A stretch of DNA of 64,000 nt from Gemmatimonadaceae bacterium. GTDB taxonomy: Bacteria; Gemmatimonadota; Gemmatimonadetes; Gemmatimonadales; Gemmatimonadaceae. Shown one piece after another: positions 9,872 through 19,603 of this stretch. Position 1 is the stretch's first letter, and every line of letters begins with the position of its first letter. Made by a program: the position numbers and the translations under genes. The stretch lies in contig JBBDYC010000009.1 of NCBI GenBank assembly GCA_040901985.1, positions 124,364 through 188,363 of the forward strand, given 5' to 3'. Below the pieces are notes generated by a model, which ran no database searches, was not told the DNA's origin, and saw only the letters and a program-made list of their open reading frames with translations.

Positions 9872-11065
9872 CTACTTGGCATCCTGCTGCAGCGCATTCC
9901 AGGAGCCGTCCGAGGTCCCCGCGACGCCCTGCACCTTGAGCGCGAACTCGCTCGGGCTGGTGGACGCGAAGAGCGCGGCCTCGTACGAGATGACGCCCTT
10001 CTGGTACCAGTTCATCAGCGACTGGTCGAAGGACTGCATCCCGTACTGGACGGTGCCCTCGCGGATCAGGTCCGGGATGTTGAGCGCCTTGCTGGCGTCG
10101 CGGATGTTGTCGGCGACGGCGGCGGTGTTGACGAGGATCTCGCAGGCCGGAATGCGGCCCGGCCGGTCCGTGCGCGGCACGAGGCGCAGCGAGACGACGG
10201 CCTGCAGCGCGGTCGAGAGCTGGAACCGGATGTCGGCCTGCTCGTTGGGCGGATAGAACGAGAGGACGCGGTTGACCGTCTGCGCGGCGTCCATCGTGTG
10301 GAGCGTCGAGAAGACCATATGGCCGGTGTCGGCGGCCTTGAGCGCGATCTCGAGCGTCTCCTGGTCGCGGATCTCGCCGATCATGATGATGTCGGGGTCC
10401 TGCCGGAGGACGCGGCGCAACGCCTGGGCGAACGACGTGGTGTCGGTCCCGACCTCGCGCTGGTTGATGTGGCAGTTGATGTCGCGGTGCAGGAACTCGA
10501 TCGGGTCCTCGATCGAGATGATGTTGGCGTGGCGGTTCTCGTTGACGTACTGGAGCATCGCGGCGAGCGCGGTGGACTTGCCCGAGCCGGTGATGCCGGT
10601 GACGAGGACGAGGCCGCGGGGTTTGAGCGAGATCTCCCTGAGGATCGTCGGGAGGTTGAGCTCCTCCATCGTCAGCGCCTGGAAGGCGATTGCGCGAAAG
10701 GCGTAGGCGAGCGAGCCGCGCTGCTGGTACACGTTGACGCGAAAGCGGCCGATGCCAGGCACGCCGATGGCGAAGTCGGCGTCCTTCGAATCGTCGAACT
10801 CCCGGCGTTGCTTGGGCGGGATGATCTGCTCGCCGATCGAGCGGAGGTCCTCGGGCTTGAGCGCGGGGAGTTCCATCGCGACGAGCTCGCCGTTGAGGCG
10901 CATCGTCGGCGGGCGGCCGATCTTGAGATGGAGGTCGGAGCCGCTCTGCTGGACCATCGTCTGCAGGACGGTCTTGAAGTTGTAGGCGGGCGCGGCGGCG
11001 GCGGCGGCGGGCGCGGCGCCGGGCGCAGCAGCGGCCGGCTTGGCGGCGGGCTTCTGCTCAGCCAT
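9872..11065 (-). CDS. pilT: Type IV pilus retraction ATPase, PilT/PilU family
   Basis: SDLHL, GRFRVN, VTGITGSGKST, EDPIE, LRQDPDIIMIGEIRD, TGHMVFSTLH, GMQSFDQSL. The canonical AIRNLIRE motif is replaced by AVADNIRD. Confidence 0.9.
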   Translation of the reverse strand: MAEQKPAAKPAAAAPGAAPAAAAAAPAYNFKTVLQTMVQQSGSDLHLKIGRPPTMRLNGELVAMELPALKPEDLRSIGEQIIPPKQRREFDDSKDADFAIGVPGIGRFRVNVYQQRGSLAYAFRAIAFQALTMEELNLPTILREISLKPRGLVLVTGITGSGKSTALAAMLQYVNENRHANIISIEDPIEFLHRDINCHINQREVGTDTTSFAQALRRVLRQDPDIIMIGEIRDQETLEIALKAADTGHMVFSTLHTMDAAQTVNRVLSFYPPNEQADIRFQLSTALQAVVSLRLVPRTDRPGRIPACEILVNTAAVADNIRDASKALNIPDLIREGTVQYGMQSFDQSLMNWYQKGVISYEAALFASTSPSEFALKVQGVAGTSDGSWNALQQDAK

Positions 11066-11561
11066 TGGTATCCACCCGGAAGAGCACCTGGCCGTACTCG
11101 ACCGGGTGCGCGTCGGTCGCGGCGACCTCCACGAGCCGCCCTGTCACCTCGGACTCGATCTCGTTCATGATCTTCATCGCCTCGATGATGCAGAGGACCT
11201 GCCCCTTTTGGATGGTCTGTCCGACGCTCACGTAGGGGTTGGCGCCCGGCTCGGGCGCGCCGTAGTAGGTGCCGACCATCGGCGACTTGACGTCGGCGAG
11301 CGCGGCCGACGACGCGGCGCTGGGGGCGGCCGCGGCGGCCGCCATCGGCGCCGGCGCGGCGGCCGGTGCGGCGGCCGGTGCGGCGGCCGGTGCGGCGGCC
11401 GGTGCGGCAACCGGAGCCGCCGCGTACTGCACGGTGCCCCGCGAGACCGGCGTCTTCGCCAGCCGGATGCGCAGTCCCTTGTCGGACGAGATCTCCATCG
11501 AATCCACAGAGGATTCGTCGAGCATCTCGAGGAGCTTCTTCACGTAGCGGAGGTCAATCAT
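11058..11561 (-). CDS. accB: Biotin carboxyl carrier protein
   Basis: MIDLRYVKKL start, Ala/Pro linker, SPMVGT, IEAMKIMNEI biotinylation motif. Confidence 0.95.
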   Translation of the reverse strand: MIDLRYVKKLLEMLDESSVDSMEISSDKGLRIRLAKTPVSRGTVQYAAAPVAAPAAAPAAAPAAAPAAAPAPMAAAAAAPSAASSAALADVKSPMVGTYYGAPEPGANPYVSVGQTIQKGQVLCIIEAMKIMNEIESEVTGRLVEVAATDAHPVEYGQVLFRVDTNG

Positions 11562-11602
11562 CAAACAGCAGGTGGGAGGTGGTGAGGCGGGAGGCGGGCG
11601 AT

Positions 11603-12721
11603 TCATCCGATCTGCATCAACTCGCGCGGGAAGCTCGTGAGTGTCCGCGGGCCGTCGGGGGTCAGGAGCACATCGTCCTCGATCCGAACCCCGCCCCAAC
11701 CTTCCAGGTAGATCCCCGGTTCGATCGTCACGATCGCGCCGGCCGGCAGCGGGGACTCCGACGTCTGCGCCAGGCGCGGCGCCTCGTGGATCTCCAACCC
11801 GATCCCGTGGCCCAGCGAGTGGCCGAACGCATCCCCGTGACCGAGGCGCTGAATGTAGTGCCGCGCCAGCGCGTCGGCATCCCGTCCCCGCATTCCGACC
11901 CGAACGCCCGCCGAAGCGCTCCCGTTAGCTTCCCGAACCACCCCGTGAACCTCCACCTGGCGCTCCGTCGGAGCGGCGCCGACCACGAAGGTCCGGGTGA
12001 TGTCGGAGCAGTAGCCGGCGTGGACCGCGCCGAAGTCGAAGAGCAGCAGGTCACCCTTGGCGATGACCTGGGCCGATGCCCGGGCGTGCGGCAGGGCCGA
12101 GCGCGGGCCGGCGGCGATGATCGTCTCGAACGGGAAGCCGGCGCTCCCGGCCATCCGCAACTCGTGCTCGAGGATCCCGGCGACCGCCATCTCGGTCATC
12201 CCGACGCGCACCTGCGGCAGTGTGCGCCCGAGCGCGTGCTCGGCGATCCGCACGGCCTCGACGGTGGCGGCAATCTCGGTCGCGTCCTTCGACTCGCGCA
12301 GGATCTCGACGAGGTTGAGCGTCGGACGCCAGCTCCAGGCGGCGCCCTCGGCGCCCTCCTCCACGAACCGCGCCGCGTCCTGGTGCGAGACGTGCGCGGT
12401 CTCGAAGGCGACGACGACGACCCCCTTGAGCTTCTTGTGTTGCTTGAGCTCGCGCCAGAGCCGCGCCCAGAGCGAGTTCCGCTCGATCACGACCTCCACC
12501 GCCGGCTCGACCTCGAGCTTCACCTGCGCCTCGTAGCGGAAGTCGGTGAGGAGGAGGCACTGCTCCATCGTCACCACGACGAGCGCGCTGGAGCCGCTGA
12601 AGCCGGTGAGGTACCGGATGTTGGGCAACGAGCTGACGAGGAGCGCGTCGAGGTCACTCGCCGCGAGCGAGGCCCGCAGCGCGGTGAGCCGCGAGACGAA
12701 CGGCGCCGGCGGGTCAGCCAC
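11603..12721 (-). CDS. Xaa-Pro aminopeptidase/dipeptidase (M24 family)
   Basis: NIRYLTGFSGS, DFG...YCSDITRT, HSLGHGIGLEIHEAP, TIEPGIY...GVRIEDD. Confidence 0.93.
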   Translation of the reverse strand: MADPPAPFVSRLTALRASLAASDLDALLVSSLPNIRYLTGFSGSSALVVVTMEQCLLLTDFRYEAQVKLEVEPAVEVVIERNSLWARLWRELKQHKKLKGVVVVAFETAHVSHQDAARFVEEGAEGAAWSWRPTLNLVEILRESKDATEIAATVEAVRIAEHALGRTLPQVRVGMTEMAVAGILEHELRMAGSAGFPFETIIAAGPRSALPHARASAQVIAKGDLLLFDFGAVHAGYCSDITRTFVVGAAPTERQVEVHGVVREANGSASAGVRVGMRGRDADALARHYIQRLGHGDAFGHSLGHGIGLEIHEAPRLAQTSESPLPAGAIVTIEPGIYLEGWGGVRIEDDVLLTPDGPRTLTSFPRELMQIG

Positions 12722-14039
12722 GCGCGGCGCCGTCCCGTTCGAGCCGGGCGAGCGCGGCCGGGTCGAAGCGCCCGCGGATGCGCATCACGCCCTCGGCCTC
12801 GTCGGCGTCGCTCGCCAGGACCTCCCCCAGCCGATGGACCTCGGCGAGGAGCTTGCCGTCGGTGAGCGGGACGAGGAGCGCGACCTCCGGGCGTCGCGCG
12901 CGCTGGGCCCCGCGAAGCGCCTCCCGCAGCGGGTCGAGGCCGGGGACGCCGTTCCCGGCCGCGCCCCCCGTCTCCTCCGCGCGCGCCGAGACGAAGATCG
13001 AGTCCGGGGCGAGATTCTCCATCCGCGCGCGGATCGCCTCGCGCTCGGCCGGCGCGAGCGCGTCCATCTTGTTGAAGACGTAGCGCATCGGGATCTCCCG
13101 CGCGCCGAGGTCGGCGAGCACGTCGTCCACCACGAGGCGCTGCTCCTCCCACGACGGATGGCTGGCGTCAATCACGTGGAGGAGGAGGTCGGCCTCGCGC
13201 ACCTCCTCGAGCGTCGCGCGGAACGAGGCCACGAGGTGGTGCGGCAGCTTGCGGATGAACCCGACGGTGTCGGTGAGCAGCACCGACTGGCGGTCGCCGA
13301 GGTCCACCTCGCGGGTGAGGGGGTCGAGCGTGGCGAAGAGCCGGTCCTCGACGAAGATCTCGCTCGCCCCACTGATGCCGCGGAGGATCGAGCTCTTGCC
13401 GGCGTTGGTGTAGCCGACGAGCGCGGCGCGGAACGTCCCCGTGCGGCCGGCGCGCTGGACCTCGCGCGCCTTGGTGACGTCCACGAGGCGGTCCTTGAGG
13501 AGGCGGATGCGCTGGCCGACGAGTCGGCGGTCGGTCTCGAGCTGTGTTTCGCCCGGGCCGCGCACGCCGATGCCGCCGCGGAACTTCTCGAGGTGCGTCC
13601 ACATCCGGACGAGGCGCGGGAGCGAGTACTCCAGCTGCGCGAGCTCGACCTGCATCCGCGCCTCGGCCGACCGCGCCCGCACCGCGAAGATGTCGAGGAT
13701 CAGCTCGGCGCGGTCAATGACGCGCTTCCCCACTTCCTCCTCGAGGTTCTTCCCCTGCGCCGGCGAGAGCTCGTCGTCGAAGATCACGACCGTCGCGTCG
13801 AGCGCGGCGATCATCGCGCGGAGCTCCTCCACCTTGCCCCGGCCGATGTAGGTCGAGGGGTCGGGGCGGTCGAGCTGCTGGGTGAGCGTGCCCACGACAA
13901 GCGCGCCCGCCGTGTCGGCGAGCCGCTCGAGTTCGTCGAGGTGCTCGGTGACGTGGTGGCGGGCGTTGCTCCGCTTGATCGGCGCGCCGACCAGGATGGC
14001 GCGCTCCTGCGGAGGGGCGAGGTCAATTAGCGAACGAAT
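12714..14039 (-). CDS. hflX: GTPase HflX (start uncertain; ATT 14039 proposed)
   Basis: QVELAQLEY, GPGETQLETDRR, GYTNAGKS, LFATLD, DTVGFI, NKMD. Confidence 0.95.
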   Translation of the reverse strand: MRSLIDLAPPQERAILVGAPIKRSNARHHVTEHLDELERLADTAGALVVGTLTQQLDRPDPSTYIGRGKVEELRAMIAALDATVVIFDDELSPAQGKNLEEEVGKRVIDRAELILDIFAVRARSAEARMQVELAQLEYSLPRLVRMWTHLEKFRGGIGVRGPGETQLETDRRLVGQRIRLLKDRLVDVTKAREVQRAGRTGTFRAALVGYTNAGKSSILRGISGASEIFVEDRLFATLDPLTREVDLGDRQSVLLTDTVGFIRKLPHHLVASFRATLEEVREADLLLHVIDASHPSWEEQRLVVDDVLADLGAREIPMRYVFNKMDALAPAEREAIRARMENLAPDSIFVSARAEETGGAAGNGVPGLDPLREALRGAQRARRPEVALLVPLTDGKLLAEVHRLGEVLASDADEAEGVMRIRGRFDPAALARLERDGAARG

Positions 14040-14046
14040 GAGTACA

Positions 14047-14118
14047 AGGGAAAAGGTGAGAGGGGAAAGGTGAGAGGGGAAAGGTAACCTCCCACCTGCC
14101 ACCTCCCACCTCCCACCT
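14047..14118. repeat. Heptamer tandem array with purine arm and pyrimidine arm
   Basis: AGGGAAA AGGTGAG AGGGGAA AGGTGAG AGGGGAA AGGT-A-ACCT CCCACCT GCCACCT CCCACCT CCCACCT. Confidence 0.8.
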
Positions 14119-14124
14119 GCAGTC

Positions 14125-14595
14125 CTATGGCATCCCCTCGATCCGCCCCGTCCCCGAATACGGGCGCGTGATGGTCCCGAACGGGGTCGCCATCGTGAAC
14201 TGCCCGGTGACGCGGTAGTCGAGGCGGCCGAATCGCGAGTACTCGCGCAGCGCCTCGCTGAGCGCGGCGTAGCCGAACGTCACCGGTACGACAATCTGCC
14301 CGCGGCCCTTCTGCTCGAGCGTCAGCAGCTTCTCGATCGCCCCGCTGGCGACCTGCGAGGTGTCCACCCAGAACACGTACGAGACGCGCGTTGCGTCGAG
14401 GCGGAATTCATTGGGATTGTAGACGTCGAGCACGACGTCCACCGAGCCGCCCTGCAGGCCGATCGAGGTCACGCGCACGTCCTTGACCTCGACGACCGGG
14501 TTGGCGAACGCCGCGCGGGCGAGGGTCCGGCAGCCGCTTGCGGCGCCGACGGCGAGGAGCGCGAGTACGAGGATGGGCGTGGGGCGGAAGCGCAT
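14125..14595 (-). CDS. LEA_2/WHy-domain lipoprotein
   Basis: Lipobox AASGC; P-V-V beta strands; VYNPNEF (NPN motif). Confidence 0.8.
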   Translation of the reverse strand: MRFRPTPILVLALLAVGAASGCRTLARAAFANPVVEVKDVRVTSIGLQGGSVDVVLDVYNPNEFRLDATRVSYVFWVDTSQVASGAIEKLLTLEQKGRGQIVVPVTFGYAALSEALREYSRFGRLDYRVTGQFTMATPFGTITRPYSGTGRIEGMP

Positions 14596-14612
14596 GATTG
14601 TCTGGGGTTCGG

Positions 14613-15947
14613 CTAGGGTTTCTTGGTGCGCAACGACTCCCACCACGCGAGCCGTTTGGCCACTTCCTTCTCGAACCCGAAGTTGCCGGGCTCGTAGAAG
14701 GTCCGTTCGCGCACCTCGTCGGGCAGGTAGTCCTGCGGGATGTACCCGTCCGGCGCGTCGTGCGCGTACTGGTACCCTGCCCCATAGTCCAGTTCCTTCA
14801 TCAGGTCGGTGGGTGCGTTGCGGATGTGGAGCGGGACCGGCGCCGCCGGCGACTCGCGGGCCGCCTCGAGTGCGGCCTTCCACGCGAGATGGACGCGGTT
14901 GCTCTTGGGCGCAGTGGCGCAGTACAGCGCCGCCTCGGCCAGCGCGAGCTCGCCCTCGGGCGACCCGAGGAAGTGGTAGGCGTCGCGCGCGGCGATGCAG
15001 AGCTCGAGCGCGCGCGGGTCGGCGAGCCCGATGTCCTCGGCGGCAAAGCGCACCGTGCGGCGCGCGATGTAGAGCGGGTCCTCGCCCCCCTCGATCATCC
15101 GGGCGAGCCAGTAGAGCGCCCCCTGCGGATCCGACCCGCGGAGCGCCTTGTGGTACGCCGAGATCAGGTTGAAGTGCTGCTCGCCCGACTTGTCGTAGTG
15201 CGCCAGTCGCTGCTGCAGCGCGGCGATCACCGTCTCGCGGGTGATCTCCGTCGCCTCGCCGACCAACACCGCGGCGGCGTCGAGTACGGTGAGGGCGCGG
15301 CGGGCGTCGCCGTCGCTCTCGGTGGCCAGCACGGCACGCGCCTCGTCGGTGAGGGTGAGGCCGCGGCCGCCGAGGCCCCGCTCGGGGTCGGCGAGGGCAC
15401 GATCCACAAGCAGCGTCAGCGCTGCAGTGCCCAGGGGCTCGAGCACGAAGACGCGCATCCGCGAGAGGAGCGCGCCGGTCAGTTCGAAGCTCGGGTTCTC
15501 CGTCGTCGCGCCAATCAGCGTCAGCAGGCCGCTCTCGACGTGCGGGAGCAGGGCGTCCTGCTGGGCGCGGTTGAATCGGTGGATCTCGTCCACGAAGAGC
15601 ACCGTGCGGCCGCCGAGTGCGCGCCGCCGCTCCCCGTCGGCGACGATCTCGCGGAGCCGCGGGATGCCGTCGGTGACCGCGCTGAAGGGGACGAACTCCG
15701 CCGCGACGTGCCCCGCGATGAGGCGCGCGATGGTCGTCTTGCCCGTCCCCGGCGGGCCCCAGAGGAGGATGGACCCGGTCTCGCCGCGTTCGAGGGCCAC
15801 GCGCAGCGGCTTCCCCGGACCGAGCAGGTGGTCCTGGCCGACGACCTCGTCGAGGACGCGCGGCCGGAGCCGCGCCGCCAGCGGCGCGTCGCCCGGCCGC
15901 TCGAACAGGCCCGGCGCCGGCGTCGTCCCGGCCTTGCCGCGCGCCAC
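14613..15947 (-). CDS. rarA: Replication-associated recombination protein A (MgsA/RarA)
   Basis: [60 protein letters not shown] start just after the ZIP stop. Confidence 0.95.
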   Translation of the reverse strand: MARGKAGTTPAPGLFERPGDAPLAARLRPRVLDEVVGQDHLLGPGKPLRVALERGETGSILLWGPPGTGKTTIARLIAGHVAAEFVPFSAVTDGIPRLREIVADGERRRALGGRTVLFVDEIHRFNRAQQDALLPHVESGLLTLIGATTENPSFELTGALLSRMRVFVLEPLGTAALTLLVDRALADPERGLGGRGLTLTDEARAVLATESDGDARRALTVLDAAAVLVGEATEITRETVIAALQQRLAHYDKSGEQHFNLISAYHKALRGSDPQGALYWLARMIEGGEDPLYIARRTVRFAAEDIGLADPRALELCIAARDAYHFLGSPEGELALAEAALYCATAPKSNRVHLAWKAALEAARESPAAPVPLHIRNAPTDLMKELDYGAGYQYAHDAPDGYIPQDYLPDEVRERTFYEPGNFGFEKEVAKRLAWWESLRTKKP

Positions 15948-15949
15948 GG

Positions 15950-16666
15950 CTAGGACGGGTGGCCGAGCGCGGTGCGCAGTGCAAGCGCCACGGCGCAGCC
16001 AGCGAAGAACACGACGTTGTGCGTCCACCCGCTCTTCCCCTGGAACTCGGGGATCAGGTTGGACCCGCCGACGTAGAGCGTCACGCCGGCGGCGAGCGCG
16101 AGTCCCCAGTCGGCGAGCGGGTCCACCAGCTCGGTGAACGCAAAGCCGACCACCGTGGCGACACCGAGCGAGGCGGCGGCGAGGAGCGCCGCGCTCCGCG
16201 AACGGCCCGACGCGATCCAGAGCGACGCGATGGCGAGCCCCTCGGGGACCTTGTGCAGGAAGATCGCGCCGAAGACGAGGATGCCGAGCTCGCGGCTGAC
16301 GTGGAACGCGCTGGCGATGGCCACGCCGTCCACGAACGTGTGCAGCAGGAGGCCGACCAGCGCCGAGACGCTCACCGCGGGCGAGACGTGGTGCGTTTCC
16401 TCGCCGAAGTGAAAGTGCCCCACCAGCGCGTGCTGGGTGAGGTGCACGAGCAGGAAGCCGATGAGGATGATCAGCGCGGCGCGAGAGCCCCCGTGGGCGA
16501 GCGCCTCGGGGACGAGGCCGACGATCGAGACGACGACGAGGAACCCCGCCGAGAAGGCGAGGAGGAGCTCGAGGGTGCGCGGCGACCAGCGCGGGCGGGC
16601 CGTGACCGCGGCGGCGCCGACGACATTGCCCGCCGCAGCGAGGACGGCATAGATGAGGGCGTTCAC
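15950..16666 (-). CDS. ZIP family metal transporter
   Basis: Multiple TM helices, His-rich loop [25 protein letters not shown]. Confidence 0.9.
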   Translation of the reverse strand: MNALIYAVLAAAGNVVGAAAVTARPRWSPRTLELLLAFSAGFLVVVSIVGLVPEALAHGGSRAALIILIGFLLVHLTQHALVGHFHFGEETHHVSPAVSVSALVGLLLHTFVDGVAIASAFHVSRELGILVFGAIFLHKVPEGLAIASLWIASGRSRSAALLAAASLGVATVVGFAFTELVDPLADWGLALAAGVTLYVGGSNLIPEFQGKSGWTHNVVFFAGCAVALALRTALGHPS

Positions 16667-16672
16667 GTCAGG

Positions 16673-16678
16673 AAGATA
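16673..16678 (-). promoter_or_regulatory. Leaderless-type -10 box (TATCTT) 6 nt upstream of the ZIP GTG start
   Basis: TATCTT-CCTGAC-GTG; no SD sequence; same geometry at 39955-39960 and 49249-49254. Confidence 0.5.
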
Positions 16679-16714
16679 GACGAACCGGGAACCCCCGGTT
16701 CCCGGGCGCGTCGC

Positions 16715-17167
16715 TCAGGCCGCGGCGCTTGGGGCGCCGCCGAGGGCGCGGACGAGGCCGCGCAGGGCGAGTTCGTACCCATCGGCGCCGAAGCCGGCGA
16801 CGATCGCGATCGCGCCGGGGGCGAGCCACGAGTGCCGGCGCTCCGGCTCCCGGGCGTAGATGTTCGAGAGGTGCACCTCGACGTAGGGCAGCGACACGGC
16901 GGCAAAGGCGTCGCGCAGCGCGAGACTCGTGTGCGTCCAGGCGCCGGCGTTCACCAGCGCGCCGGTGACCACGCCGCGGCAGTTGTGGATCGCGTCGAGC
17001 ATCTTCCCTTCGTCGTTGAACTGCGAGAACAGCAGCGTCACCCCGAGCTCGGCGCCCACTTCCTCCAGCCGCGCCTCGATCTCCTCGAGCGTCACCGTGC
17101 CGTAGATCTCGGGTTCGCGGACGCCAAGGAGGTTGAGGTTCGGTCCGTTCAGGACGGCGATCCTCAC
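16715..17167 (-). CDS. aroQ: Type II 3-dehydroquinate dehydratase
   Basis: LNGPNLNLLGVREPEIYG, NAGAWTHTS, EVHLSNIYARE. Confidence 0.97.
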   Translation of the reverse strand: MRIAVLNGPNLNLLGVREPEIYGTVTLEEIEARLEEVGAELGVTLLFSQFNDEGKMLDAIHNCRGVVTGALVNAGAWTHTSLALRDAFAAVSLPYVEVHLSNIYAREPERRHSWLAPGAIAIVAGFGADGYELALRGLVRALGGAPSAAA

Positions 17168-19422
17168 GGCTTGAGGCCCTTCAACCAGCCCTGGAACTGG
17201 CCGAGTTCGTCGTCGCCGCCGGCGGCGGGCGATCCGTCCGGGGCCGGCGGAGCTGCGGCAGCGTCCGGCGAGTCCGGCGCGCCCGCGGCGCCCGGTGCGT
17301 TCGCGGCACCCCCTGCGCTCGCAGCACCCGGTGCGGCGAAGAACTGGTCGAACTTGAGCGTCTCGGAGGCCCGAGGCACGGGTCGGGGCGCCGAGGGCGT
17401 CTCGGCCGCGGCGGCGAACAGCTCGTCGAGGCCAGTGCCACCGCTCGGCCCCTCAAAGGTGCCGATGCCCGCGAGCACCTCGGCCGCGTGCAGGTCGAGC
17501 ACTTCGTGGGCGGCACCAAAGAGCTGATCGAGCGGCCAACCACTGGCCGCGGCGGCGGCGGACGGCTCGGGCGCCGCCACGGGCGCCGCCACCGGCGCCG
17601 CCACGGGCGCTGGGGCCACTGCCACGGCCGCCGCCGATGCGCCCGCGCTCGGCGTGGCGGCACGGCGCGCGACCGCGCTGAAGAAGTCGCGCGCACTTGG
17701 CCCGGCCGGCGGCGTCGGGGTCGGGGTCTTGGTCGCCGTCTTGGTCGGCGTCGCCGGCGTCGGCGTCTTCAAGCCGACGCCGGTGAATGACACCTCGGAG
17801 AGTGCCGCATTCGCCGGCGCCGGCGTGGGCTCCGGTGCGTCGGCGGCAGGCGCCTCGAACTCGGGCAGTCCCTCCTCACTCCGCTCCAGCGCCGCGAGCC
17901 GTTCCTTGAGGCCGGCGTCCGCCGGGTCCTGCGCCACCAACTGGCGATAGACCGCGATCGCCTCGTTGCGGAAGCCCTGCTTGATGTAGAGCGCGGCCAT
18001 CGTCTCGGTGACGAAGGTCGGCGTCGGCTGCGGACGGCGCGGCTCCGGCGGGGCAGCGGGCGGCTCCACGGTCGCCGCGGGCGGCGCCGCGTCAGGCGGT
18101 GCCGACGCCGGTTCGTCTTCCTCGAGGCCGAAGTCGGCAAGGAGCGGCAACGACGAGAGGTCGGACTTGGTCATCCGCGGCTTGGGCCGCGACTCCGGTT
18201 CCGGCTCGAGCGTGGGCAGGGGCCGGGTATCCGTGGACTCACTGACGTCGAGATCCTCGAAGGTGATCGGCACCGGCTCCGGCGGCGCCCCGTTGGCCGG
18301 CGGCACCGCGTGGGCGGCCGACGGCTCGATGGACGCAAGGTCGGCGGTCGTCGCCAACCCTTCGACGGTTGACGGCGCAATGTCGGCGGGCGAGAGATCC
18401 ACGCGGTCGAGGCCGGCGAGCGGTGCGACCGTCACCTCCCCGACCGAGGGCGTCTCGAGCCCCTCGAGCCGCTCGCCAACGTCGCCGCCGATGAACTCGT
18501 CGCTCTCGAGTCCCGCCATCGGCGAGACCTCGGCGGTGAAATCGGCGGCCTCGAGCCCGGGCAGCGTGCCGGCGGCGGCCTGTGCCGTGGGTGCCTCAAT
18601 GATCAGCGTGCGCTCGCCATCGGGCGGCGCACGCTCCGGCGCCGCCGACTCCACCATCGCCACGTCGCTGAAATCGAAATTGATGTCGAGCAACGACGCG
18701 CGGTGCAACGGAGCGGCGCGCGGCGCAGGCGCGGGCGGCGCAGGCGCCGCGACTGCCTCCGGTGGCGCGAGTGTCTTGGCCGACGCTTCGCGCAGGTCCA
18801 TATCCGCGAGCGCCTGGGCATTGATGACGAGTGTCTGCATCGGCACTTCGGGCTTCCGCGGTCCGCTCCGCGCTTTCGGCGCCGGCGCAGCAGGCGCCGC
18901 CGGCTCCGAGGGGCCGTCGAGCTCGACCATCCCAAAATCCCCGTCGCCGCCGCTGACGCTCACGTTCGGCGCCACGGAGACCAGCGAGGCGGCGCTCGGC
19001 GCGCCCTGACCGCCCTCGCCGGAGGCGCCGCCCAACTGCTCGAGGATGTCCAGCACTTCGTCGTTCCGCCGATCCACCTCGAGGACCTTGAGGTACCACG
19101 CCTTTGCGCCCTCGGTGTCGCCGCCGGCGCGCGCGATGTCACCGAGGTGCCGCAGGGCGATCAGGTTTTCCGGGTCGAGCTTCAGCGCCGCCTCGAACGG
19201 CTGGCGCGCCTCCTCCGGCTTGCCCGTCTCAAAGAGCACCTGCCCGTAGACCACGAGCCCGTTCATGTTCTCCGGCTGCTCGTGCAGGTGCTTCTCGCAC
19301 AGCAGGATGGCGCGGTCGAGGAATCCGCCCTTGCGATACTCGTTGGCGAGCGGCGCGAAGAAGCGACGGGGGTTCTCGTGGTACCGTTTCCGCAGGTCTT
19401 CGATGCGGTTCGATTCAGCCAT
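17164..19422 (-). CDS. Large TPR-containing protein with low-complexity acidic Pro/Ala linkers
   Basis: N-terminal TPRs (FAPLANEYRKGG...ALKLDPENLIAL), internal TPR (TETMAALYIKQGFRNEAIAVY); GTGA overlap with aroQ. Confidence 0.8.
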   Translation of the reverse strand: MAESNRIEDLRKRYHENPRRFFAPLANEYRKGGFLDRAILLCEKHLHEQPENMNGLVVYGQVLFETGKPEEARQPFEAALKLDPENLIALRHLGDIARAGGDTEGAKAWYLKVLEVDRRNDEVLDILEQLGGASGEGGQGAPSAASLVSVAPNVSVSGGDGDFGMVELDGPSEPAAPAAPAPKARSGPRKPEVPMQTLVINAQALADMDLREASAKTLAPPEAVAAPAPPAPAPRAAPLHRASLLDINFDFSDVAMVESAAPERAPPDGERTLIIEAPTAQAAAGTLPGLEAADFTAEVSPMAGLESDEFIGGDVGERLEGLETPSVGEVTVAPLAGLDRVDLSPADIAPSTVEGLATTADLASIEPSAAHAVPPANGAPPEPVPITFEDLDVSESTDTRPLPTLEPEPESRPKPRMTKSDLSSLPLLADFGLEEDEPASAPPDAAPPAATVEPPAAPPEPRRPQPTPTFVTETMAALYIKQGFRNEAIAVYRQLVAQDPADAGLKERLAALERSEEGLPEFEAPAADAPEPTPAPANAALSEVSFTGVGLKTPTPATPTKTATKTPTPTPPAGPSARDFFSAVARRAATPSAGASAAAVAVAPAPVAAPVAAPVAAPEPSAAAAASGWPLDQLFGAAHEVLDLHAAEVLAGIGTFEGPSGGTGLDELFAAAAETPSAPRPVPRASETLKFDQFFAAPGAASAGGAANAPGAAGAPDSPDAAAAPPAPDGSPAAGGDDELGQFQGWLKGLKP

Positions 19423-19471
19423 CCGGCTCGGCTCTGGGAAGTGAGAAGGGACCAGCGCCCCGACTTGGGAG

Positions 19472-19550
19472 AAAATACCACGCCGGGAGAGTGCAGGTCA
19501 ATCAGAAGTGTGCGTGTCGCTTGATTTTAGGTCGTGTCGCCGGGTAGGTT
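19472..19550. promoter_or_regulatory. Divergent sigma70-like promoters between the TPR gene and the ppiD-like gene
   Basis: Minus strand: TTGACC(19501-19496)-N18-TATTTT(19477-19472) with TG extension. Plus strand: TTGATT(19521-19526)-N18-TAGGTT(19545-19550). AT-rich island. Confidence 0.45.
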
Positions 19551-19603
19551 TCGAGGTTCTTTCCCACGTCATTCTCCTACCGTTCGCGCCAGGGTTGTCC
19601 GCC

